Source: Prevotellaceae bacterium (lineage in GTDB: Bacteria; Bacteroidota; Bacteroidia; Bacteroidales; UBA932). Taken from it: DNA of 55,601 nt. The notes beneath the pieces are model-generated. The model was not told where the DNA came from. It saw nothing but the letters and a program-made list of their open reading frames with translations, and searched no databases. How positions within the stretch are numbered: position 1 is the stretch's first letter; every line of letters starts with the position of its first letter. The stretch lies in contig JAISNL010000046.1 in the NCBI GenBank assembly GCA_031276235.1, positions 1 through 55,601 of the forward strand. Direction: 5' to 3'. Shown here in pieces: positions 44,623 through 51,861 of this stretch. Both the position numbers and the translations under genes were made by a program.

Positions 44623-46014
44623 TCACAATATAACAGGTTTTGATTTTGGCACGAGAGATTTCATAATGCCCCAAGCCAGCAAATATGCCACAGCGCAAAA
44701 GGAGAATACAATGGTATATCCCGTTTCGATATGCCCGAGCGCTTTGTAATAATCGAACAGCGCGCCCGCCGCTTTTGATACTATAACTCCGCTAATACCT
44801 CCCGCCATAGTGCCTATGCCGATAATGGATGCTACCGCTTTCTTCGGAAACATATCCGATACGGTGGTATATATGTTTGCCGACCATGCCTGATGCGCCG
44901 AACAGCCAATGCCGATAAGTATTACAGGTATCCACATTGAAATGTAGCCAAGCGGTTGCGCCAGCAGCACAACTAAGGGAATAACGGCAATTATCAGCAT
45001 CGCCGTCATCCGCGCCCTGTACGGCTCAAATCCTTTCTTTATAAACCATGCGGGAAACCATCCGCCGCAAATGCTTCCCGCCATAGTCATGCTGTATAAT
45101 ACGGTTAACGGTAAAGTAATTTGTGTGCCTTCTACGCCGTACTGATTTTTCAAATAGGCAGGCAACCAGAACAGGAAAAACCACCATACGCCATCAGTCA
45201 TAAACTTGCCGAAAAAGAACGACCACGTCTGACGGAAAAAAAGCAGTCTGAACCACGATACTTTTTCTTTCGTGTCGGCGGCTTTTTCCTTTGGCATTTC
45301 AACAACGGCGTTATCCCTGTTTATGTAATCGTATTCCGATTGGCTGATTTTGCCTTTTGCCAGCATCTTTTGCGGCGAATCGTAGAACAGCAGCCAGAAA
45401 ACAATCCACAAAAAGCCGATACCGCCGACAATGATAAATGCCGCCTGCCAGCCCCAGTGTATGGCAACCCATGGAATGGTGAGCGGAGCAAGAATAGCGC
45501 CGATATTGGCGCCCGAATTAAATATGCCCGTTGCCAGCGACCGTTCTTTGCTCGGAAACCATTCGGCGACGGTTTTTATGGCGGCGGGAAAATTGCCGGC
45601 TTCGCCGATAGCAAGCACAATGCGCCCGACAATAAACCCAAGCGCCGATACGGGCAATATTATTCCTGCTATGGCAAGCACAGGCGATACGGTTTCGCCT
45701 ATGCCGACAGCGCCGGCGTGTATTATTGCGCCAAACGACCAAATGGCTATTGCCCAGACGTAGCCTTTTTTTGTGCCAATCCAGTCAATAAAACGTCCGG
45801 CAAAAAGCACCGCAAGCGCATAGCAAAACTGAAATGCAGCGGCAATATTGCCGTAATCGGAATTTGTCCAGCCGTATTCTTCTGCAAGCGACGGCTGCAA
45901 AAGACTTAGCACCTGACGGTCGAGATAGTTCACCGTGGTTGCAAAGAAAAGCAGGGAGCATATCGTCCAGCGATACTTTCCTATTTTTTCGTTAATGTCA
46001 TTAAATTTATTCAT
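44623..46014 (-). CDS. exuT: MFS hexuronate transporter (ExuT-like, ACS family)
   Basis: The ATG at 46014 gives 'MNKFNDINEKIGKYRWTICSLLFFATTVNYLDRQVLSLL', the typical ExuT N-terminus. The longer track ORF overlaps eda. 12-TM pattern. Confidence 0.82.
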   Translation of the reverse strand: MNKFNDINEKIGKYRWTICSLLFFATTVNYLDRQVLSLLQPSLAEEYGWTNSDYGNIAAAFQFCYALAVLFAGRFIDWIGTKKGYVWAIAIWSFGAIIHAGAVGIGETVSPVLAIAGIILPVSALGFIVGRIVLAIGEAGNFPAAIKTVAEWFPSKERSLATGIFNSGANIGAILAPLTIPWVAIHWGWQAAFIIVGGIGFLWIVFWLLFYDSPQKMLAKGKISQSEYDYINRDNAVVEMPKEKAADTKEKVSWFRLLFFRQTWSFFFGKFMTDGVWWFFLFWLPAYLKNQYGVEGTQITLPLTVLYSMTMAGSICGGWFPAWFIKKGFEPYRARMTAMLIIAVIPLVVLLAQPLGYISMWIPVILIGIGCSAHQAWSANIYTTVSDMFPKKAVASIIGIGTMAGGISGVIVSKAAGALFDYYKALGHIETGYTIVFSFCAVAYLLAWGIMKSLVPKSKPVIL

Positions 46015-46016
46015 CG

Positions 46017-46685
46017 TTATTTTATTAATTGTGCAGTGATTTTTAATGTGTGTTTGCATAATGCCGTTATTTTTTCCCATTCGCCTGCGGCAATGACTTC
46101 CTTCGGGAATAAATGCGAACCTATTCCCACGCAATTTACGCCTGCATCGAACCATGCTTTGAGACTGGCTTCTTCGAGTTTTACGCCGCCGGTAACCATC
46201 AGCGCCGTCCATGGCATCGGGGCTTTGACGGCTTTCACAAAATCAGCGCCCAGTACATCGCCTGGGAATATTTTGCACAAATCGCAGCCGCTTTCCTGCG
46301 CCCATCCTATTTCTGACACCGAACCGCAGCCCGGCACATAAGGTATTAACCGCCTGTTGGCGACTTTGGCTATGTCGGCATTGAATAAGGGGCTGACAAT
46401 GAAATTTGCGCCCGACTGCATATACATTGCCGCCGCAGGCGCATCCACTACAGAGCCGGCGCCGAGAATCATCCGCGGACATTCTTTATGTACAAATTTA
46501 CTTAGTTCGCTGAATATTTCATGCGCAAATTCGCCTCTGTTCGTAAATTCAAACACGTTTATTCCGCCTTCGTAGCAGGCTTTCACTACATTTTTTGCCA
46601 CCTGTATATCGGAATGATAAAACACAGGTATTATTCCTGTGGAAAACATTGTTTCAAAAACTTGTATTTTGTTAAACTTTGCCAT
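46017..46685 (-). CDS. eda: 2-dehydro-3-deoxyphosphogluconate / 4-hydroxy-2-oxoglutarate aldolase
   Basis: 222 aa. 'IIPVFYH', 'FEFTNRG', 'LGAGSV', 'FIVSP', '[10 protein letters not shown]', 'CKIFPG' (Schiff-base Lys context) and 'MVTGGV'. Confidence 0.88.
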   Translation of the reverse strand: MAKFNKIQVFETMFSTGIIPVFYHSDIQVAKNVVKACYEGGINVFEFTNRGEFAHEIFSELSKFVHKECPRMILGAGSVVDAPAAAMYMQSGANFIVSPLFNADIAKVANRRLIPYVPGCGSVSEIGWAQESGCDLCKIFPGDVLGADFVKAVKAPMPWTALMVTGGVKLEEASLKAWFDAGVNCVGIGSHLFPKEVIAAGEWEKITALCKHTLKITAQLIK

Positions 46686-46725
46686 AATTTTATTGTTTAT
46701 ATTTTAATATTTGTTTGTTTGTTTT

Positions 46726-46935
46726 CTGGATTGCTTCGTCGCTCCGCTCCTCGCAATGACGACCCAACCACGCAGAGCGTCATTGCGAGTGCCAGCGAAG
46801 CAATCCAGAGCAGTTGAAAGTTATTTGTTCACTTCTCTTTCCGTAGTCCATCATTGTTATTATATTTTTCATTTCATTACTAATTATTAAAACTATCATT
46901 TATCATTCTTAACTGTCAACTGTCAACTAATTTAT
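46726..46935. repeat. type-I REP hairpin followed by a MITE unit
   Basis: Arms 'ctggattgcttcgtcgctccgctcctcgcaatgacg' (46726-46761) and 'cgtcattgcgagtgccagcgaagcaatccag' (46778-46808). Next come the left terminus 'cagttgaaagtta' (46811-) and the right terminus 'aactgtcaactgtcaactaatttat' (46911-46935), which contains the kdgK stop codon. Confidence 0.85.
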
Positions 46936-47972
46936 CTTACTACTCTTCCGCTGCCGTCGCCTTTCATTAGCTGTTCTACTTCGGCGATGGTCGCCAGATT
47001 GAAGTCGCCGTAAATGGTATGCTTCAATGCCGACGCCGCTACTGCAAAATCAAGCGCCGTGCGGTCGTCTCCCGTGTATTTCAGCAAGCCGTAAATCAAG
47101 CCGCCCATAAACGAATCGCCGCCGCCGACACGGTCAACAATGTGCGTAATGTCGTATTGACGGGATTGATAAAATGCGTCTCCGCTGTACAGGCAGCCGC
47201 TCCATGTATTATGACTGGCATTGACAGAGCCGCGAAGGGTGATAATAATTTTTTTTGCACGCGGGAATTTGTCCATCATTTGACGGCATACCGATTCAAA
47301 TTCCTGTGCCTTTACATTACCCTGCGTTTGCGCCGCATCAAACTGTTCGGGTTTTATGCCGAATACTTTTTCAGCGTCTTCTTCATTCCCCAGGATAATA
47401 TCGCAGCCCTCGACCAGGGGGGGCATTATTTCGGCGGCTTTTTTTCCATAAAGCCAAAGGTTTTTCCGGTAATTCAAATCGCAGGAAACGGTAATGCCCA
47501 TTTTGTTTGCCGTTTTTATGGCTTCGAGGCAGGCGGCGGCGGCGCCCTGCGAAAGGGCGGGAGTGATTCCCGTCCAGTGAAACCATTGCGCGTTTTTAAA
47601 TATTTCCTGCCAGTCTAACATGCCCGGCTGTATGTCGGATATGGAAGCGCCTGCGCGGTCGTACACCACTTTCGACGGGCGCGCTACCGCTCCCGTTTCA
47701 AGAAAGTAAATGCCTACCCTGTTGCCGCCGCGAAGGATATGTTCCACCCCTACCTTGTATTTACGCAATTCGGCAATGCACCATTCTGCAATGTCGTTTT
47801 CGGGCAGGCGGGTTACAAAATCCACATCTATTCCGTAATTGGCCAGCGACACGGCTACATTTGCTTCGCCGCCGCCGAAAGTGGATACCAGCCGGCTTGA
47901 CTGGGCAAACCGGAGGTTGCCGGGCGTTGCCAGCCGGAGCATTATTTCACCAAAAGTAACTACTGTTTTCAT
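46932..47972 (-). CDS. kdgK: 2-dehydro-3-deoxygluconokinase (PfkB family)
   Basis: 346 aa. 'TFGEIMLRL', 'FGGGEANVAVSLA' and 'DRVGGGDSFMGGLIYG'. Lies between uxaC and eda. Confidence 0.88.
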   Translation of the reverse strand: MKTVVTFGEIMLRLATPGNLRFAQSSRLVSTFGGGEANVAVSLANYGIDVDFVTRLPENDIAEWCIAELRKYKVGVEHILRGGNRVGIYFLETGAVARPSKVVYDRAGASISDIQPGMLDWQEIFKNAQWFHWTGITPALSQGAAAACLEAIKTANKMGITVSCDLNYRKNLWLYGKKAAEIMPPLVEGCDIILGNEEDAEKVFGIKPEQFDAAQTQGNVKAQEFESVCRQMMDKFPRAKKIIITLRGSVNASHNTWSGCLYSGDAFYQSRQYDITHIVDRVGGGDSFMGGLIYGLLKYTGDDRTALDFAVAASALKHTIYGDFNLATIAEVEQLMKGDGSGRVVR

Positions 47973-47978
47973 TTGTTT

Positions 47979-49391
47979 TTAAAAATTAAAAAAGTTGTTT
48001 GCATTATTATAAGATATATCTTCTACCATTTTGCCCAGAAACGGCATTTCGGAGGCGGGCAGCAAGCCCTGCGCTACGTCATTGCCCAAAAGGTTGCATA
48101 ATATCCGGCGGAAGTATTCATGCCGCGGATAGGACAGGAAACTGCGCGAATCCGTCAACATGCCGACAAAGCGGCTGAGCAGGCCTGTTACGGATAAAGT
48201 GTTCAACTGGTTTTCTATTCCATCTTTCTGGTCTAAAAACCACCAGCCCGCGCCAAACTGTATTTTCCCCGCTACCGAGCCGTCCTGAAAATTGCCCGCC
48301 ATTACGGCAAGCATGGCATTGTCGCGCGGGTTAAGGTTGTAGAGAATTGTTTTGGCAAGTTTGTTTTCGCTGTCCAAGCGGTCGAGGAATTTGGACAGCG
48401 GCTTGGCGGTGTTCCAGTCGCCGATGGAGTCGAAGCCCGTATCCGCGCCAATGGCTTTGAAGAATCGCGTGTTGTTGTTACGCAAAGCGCCGTAGTGGAA
48501 CTGTTGTGTCCAGCCTTTTTGCCAATCCATTTTAGCGCCTTCTACAAGCATTGCTGATTTGAATTTGCGGATTTCGTCTGCACCAAGTTCCGCGCCGCCA
48601 TATACTTTGTGGAAGATATTTTCGATTTCCGCGTGGGTGTAGTCTTCGGCGTAAAATTCTTCCAGCCCGTGGTCGGACAGTTTGCATCCTGCGGAAGCAA
48701 AAAAGTCGTGGCGCGCCTGCAATGCCTGCAGCAAGTCTTCGTAACTGCGCACGATAACGCCGGATACTTCCGACAGTTTTTCCACGTAAGCGCGGAAAGC
48801 CTTGGGGTTTTCTACTGCCATTGCCCTGTCGGGGCGCCACGTGGGCAATACCTTTATTGAAAAGTTTTCGTTTTGCAGGGCAATATGGTATTCTAAATTA
48901 TCAATAGGGTCGTCGGTGGTGCAGACGGCGGTTACATTGTATTTCTTCATCCACCCGCGGGCGGCGTATTCTGGCAGACGGAGTTTTGCGCTGCACTGTT
49001 CGTAAATCTCGCGCGCCGTTTCGGGGCTGAGCAGTTTATCCACGCCAAAGCCTGTTTTCAGTTCCAAATGCGTCCAGTGGTATAATGGGTTTCGCATGGT
49101 GCGGGGGACGGTTTCCGCCCATTTTTCAAATTTTTCCCAGTCGGAAACGTCTTTTCCCGTGATAAATTTTTCGTTTATGCCGTTGGCGCGCATGGCGCGC
49201 CATTTATAGTGGTCGCCTTCGAGCCAGATTTGCCCGAGGTTGTCAAACCTGCGGTTTTCAAAGACCTGTTTGGGGTCTAAATGGCAATGATAGTCGATTA
49301 TCGGTTGCTTTGCGGCATGGTCGTGATAAAGCTGCAAGGCAAATTCGGTCTGCAAAAGAAAATCTTCGTCTAAAAATGTTTTCATTTTCAT
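47979..49391 (-). CDS. uxaC: glucuronate isomerase
   Basis: 470 aa. 'FLDEDFLLQTEFA..LYHDHAAKQPIIDYHCHL', 'GDHYKWRAMR' and 'NPLYHWTHLEL'. Confidence 0.93.
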   Translation of the reverse strand: MKMKTFLDEDFLLQTEFALQLYHDHAAKQPIIDYHCHLDPKQVFENRRFDNLGQIWLEGDHYKWRAMRANGINEKFITGKDVSDWEKFEKWAETVPRTMRNPLYHWTHLELKTGFGVDKLLSPETAREIYEQCSAKLRLPEYAARGWMKKYNVTAVCTTDDPIDNLEYHIALQNENFSIKVLPTWRPDRAMAVENPKAFRAYVEKLSEVSGVIVRSYEDLLQALQARHDFFASAGCKLSDHGLEEFYAEDYTHAEIENIFHKVYGGAELGADEIRKFKSAMLVEGAKMDWQKGWTQQFHYGALRNNNTRFFKAIGADTGFDSIGDWNTAKPLSKFLDRLDSENKLAKTILYNLNPRDNAMLAVMAGNFQDGSVAGKIQFGAGWWFLDQKDGIENQLNTLSVTGLLSRFVGMLTDSRSFLSYPRHEYFRRILCNLLGNDVAQGLLPASEMPFLGKMVEDISYNNANNFFNF

Positions 49392-49406
49392 TTGTGCAAA
49401 CAGGTT

Positions 49407-50222
49407 TTATACTCCGCTGAAAGAACTGAAGCCGCCATCTACAGGCAATACGACTCCTGTAACAAAGCTTGCCGCTTCGCTGCACAGAAACTGCACAGCG
49501 CCGTTGAGTTCGGATATGTCGCCGAAACGGTTCATGGGCGTTTTTGCCAATACTTTTACGCTGCGTTCGGTGAGCGAGCCGTCGGGGTTGATAAGTACCG
49601 CGCGGTTCTGGTCGCCGATAAAGAAGCCGGGCGCAATAGCGTTTACGCGCACGCCGTCTCCGTATTTCATTGCCATTTCCATTGCCATCCACTGTGTGAA
49701 GTTGCTTATTCCCGTTTTGGCAACGGAATATCCCGGCACGCGGGTAATAGCCGAATAAGCCGCCATTGACGATATGTTTACAATAGCGCCCTGTTTCTGC
49801 TGCGCCATCACTTTACCGAAAACAATGGACGGATATACCGTTCCGTTGAGGTTGAGGGTAGTTACTTTTTCCCAGTCTGATATTTTCATGTCAAACACAG
49901 GTTGGTCGGGGGCTAATGTGGCTCCGGGAAGATTGCCGCCCGCGATGTTCAATAAAATATCAATCCGTCCCCAGCGGGCGACTACGTCTGCGGCGACTTT
50001 TTCGAGGCTTTCGATGTCGAGTACATTGCCTGTAATGCCAATGGCTTCGCCGCCAAGAGCCAAGAGTTCTGCTATACGCGCATCAAGCGGCTCCTGACGA
50101 ATGTCGAGTGCAACTACTTTCGCGCCTTGCGTTACAAAATGTTTTGCGATATTTCCGCCAAGCACTCCGCCGGCTCCTGTGATTATCGCTACTTTTCCTG
50201 AAATGTTAAATAATTCATTCAT
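49407..50222 (-). CDS. uxuB: SDR-family oxidoreductase (D-mannonate oxidoreductase-type)
   Basis: 271 aa. 'GKVAIITGAGGVLG', 'NIAGG', and a catalytic 'S..(n)..YSVAK' set. The uxuA-uxaC context is where Bacteroides places SDR-type uxuB. Confidence 0.7.
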   Translation of the reverse strand: MNELFNISGKVAIITGAGGVLGGNIAKHFVTQGAKVVALDIRQEPLDARIAELLALGGEAIGITGNVLDIESLEKVAADVVARWGRIDILLNIAGGNLPGATLAPDQPVFDMKISDWEKVTTLNLNGTVYPSIVFGKVMAQQKQGAIVNISSMAAYSAITRVPGYSVAKTGISNFTQWMAMEMAMKYGDGVRVNAIAPGFFIGDQNRAVLINPDGSLTERSVKVLAKTPMNRFGDISELNGAVQFLCSEAASFVTGVVLPVDGGFSSFSGV

Positions 50223-50262
50223 TTTTTTTACTGTTTTTTTTGTTATTATTATTTATTATTGT

Positions 50263-50540
50263 TGAATTCCGTTCAATCGGCATCCGATTATTTAGAATCC
50301 GTCTGATTTCCGTTCAATCGGCATCCGATTATTTAGAATCCGCCTGATTTCTGTTCAATCGGCATCCGATTATTTAGAATCCGTCTGATTTCCGTTCAAT
50401 CGGCATCCGATTATTTAGAATCCGTCTGATTTCTGTTCAATCGGCATCCGATTATTTAGAATCCGTCTGATTTCTGTTCAATTCTCGGAGAATTATTGAG
50501 AATCCGACTGAATTCCGTTTAATGCTCGGAGAATTGCCTG
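50263..50540. repeat. 41-bp tandem repeat array, 5 good + ~2 degenerate copies
   Basis: The unit is 'ccgttcaatcggcatccgattatttagaatccgtctgattt'. 'gttcaatcgg' recurs at 50271, 50312, 50353, 50394 and 50435. Each unit holds the palindrome AATCGG-cat-CCGATT. The degenerate units carry ATTCTC-g-GAGAAT. Confidence 0.95.
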
Positions 50541-50601
50541 TATGTCTCACGCTGCTTGAATATTTTTTTATTGTTCATTCGTTTTTTCTTTGTTTTTTGT
50601 T

Positions 50602-50700
50602 CGTCATTGCGAGCGTTAGCGAAGCAATCCAGAGTTATTAATTATCATTTTCACTCTTCGCTCTTCACTTTTCGCTCTTCACTTTTTACCGCCGCCATAA
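50602..50700. repeat. solo right arm of type-I REP hairpin plus 'ttcactcttcgctcttcac' modules
   Basis: 'cgtcattgcgagcgttagcgaagcaatccag' (50602-50632). 'ttcactcttcgctcttcacttttcgctcttcac' follows and encodes the uxuA tail 'VKSEERKVKSEE*'. Confidence 0.7.
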
Positions 50701-51838
50701 CGCCCATTACCTGCGCAAAGGCATACATCCGTCCTAAAAAGGAATAGCCGGGATTATATGTTTTGCCAACATCATCGAGCATGAGCCGTCCGTGGTCAAT
50801 ACGCATGGGAATGTTGGGATTTTCGCGTTCGAAAATGCGTACAAGTTCTATCACATGCCCGCGCCCTTCAAGGTGGGATGCTTCGAGTACATATCCGTCT
50901 TCGTCCACTTCGGTGCTGCGAAGGTGGAGGAAATGCGTACGTTTGGCAAAGCGCTGCGCAAGCGCAATTACATCATTGTGCAAGCCCGAACTTAACGAAC
51001 CTGCGCAAAATGTGAGTCCGTTGTGCGGATTATCTACGGCGTGTAAAAACCATTCGATATCTTCGGCGGAAGTAACAATGCGCGGCAATCCCAATACAGG
51101 GAACGGCGGGTCGTCGGGATGTACGCAGAGGTTTACGCCGTATTCTTCGGCTACGGGGATAACCTGCTGCAAAAAATATTTCATGTTTGCCCGCAGCTGT
51201 TCCCTGTCTATTCCCGTGTACAGGGCGAGTAACTGCTTGAAAAGATGCACCGGGTTTTTTTCGCCTTCGCGGATATTGCCGCTGACAAAACCCTGCGTTT
51301 TTACAATAATCGTATCAATCAGTTCGTCTTTTTGCGTTTCAGTGATTGTTTTGTCCAAATCATATACCTGCTGCATTATTTTTTCGGGATAATCGTTTGC
51401 TGCGTCTTTGCGAGCAAGTATGCAGCAGTCGAAATAGGCAAATTTCACAGGATCGAAAAAGAGCGAATAAGTGCCGTCTCCATTGGGTTTTTGGAGGTCG
51501 GTGCGTATCCAGTCGATAACGGGCATGAAATTGTAGCAAACGGTTTTCACGCCTGCATTGCCGAGGCTGGCAAGGCTTATTTTGTAATTGTTGAGCAGGC
51601 GTTCTCTGTCGCTTCCTCCGTACTTAATGGCTTCGCTAACCGGCAGGCTTTCTACTACCGACCATCTCAAGCCGTGCTGTTCGATATAGTTTTTCATATC
51701 GTTCACTGCTTCCTGCGTCCATATTTCGCCGTTTGGCACATCGTGCAGTGATGTAACAATGCCCTCCACTCCTATTTGCCTCAGCATATCAAGTGTGATT
51801 GGGTCTTTTTTTCCGAACCATCTCCATGTTCTTTCCAT
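50651..51838 (-). CDS. uxuA: mannonate dehydratase
   Basis: 395 aa. The 'MERTWRWFG..DPITL..IRQ.G' N-terminus, 'CYNFMPV.DW.RTDL', 'HPDDPP' and 'RIDHGR'. The extreme C-terminus is repeat-derived. Confidence 0.92.
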   Translation of the reverse strand: MERTWRWFGKKDPITLDMLRQIGVEGIVTSLHDVPNGEIWTQEAVNDMKNYIEQHGLRWSVVESLPVSEAIKYGGSDRERLLNNYKISLASLGNAGVKTVCYNFMPVIDWIRTDLQKPNGDGTYSLFFDPVKFAYFDCCILARKDAANDYPEKIMQQVYDLDKTITETQKDELIDTIIVKTQGFVSGNIREGEKNPVHLFKQLLALYTGIDREQLRANMKYFLQQVIPVAEEYGVNLCVHPDDPPFPVLGLPRIVTSAEDIEWFLHAVDNPHNGLTFCAGSLSSGLHNDVIALAQRFAKRTHFLHLRSTEVDEDGYVLEASHLEGRGHVIELVRIFERENPNIPMRIDHGRLMLDDVGKTYNPGYSFLGRMYAFAQVMGVMAAVKSEERKVKSEE

Positions 51839-51861
51839 TTTGTATTTTGTTTAAATGTTAT

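Noticed and set aside
45121-45909. Long antisense ORFs inside well-supported genes. These are 45121..45909, 41304..41999, 52966..53622, 50763..51392, 47019..47618, 9754..10359, 10428..10943 and 40376..40843.
   Set aside because: Each lies opposite a gene with strong family motifs. Their products are low-complexity or Arg/Cys/Phe-rich with no recognisable motifs, which is typical of shadow ORFs.
46015-46212. N-terminal extension of the exuT ORF ('[16 protein letters not shown]..').
   Set aside because: It overlaps the eda coding region in another frame and is Arg-rich with no transporter similarity. The ATG at 46014 gives the canonical ExuT N-terminus, 2 nt after the eda stop.
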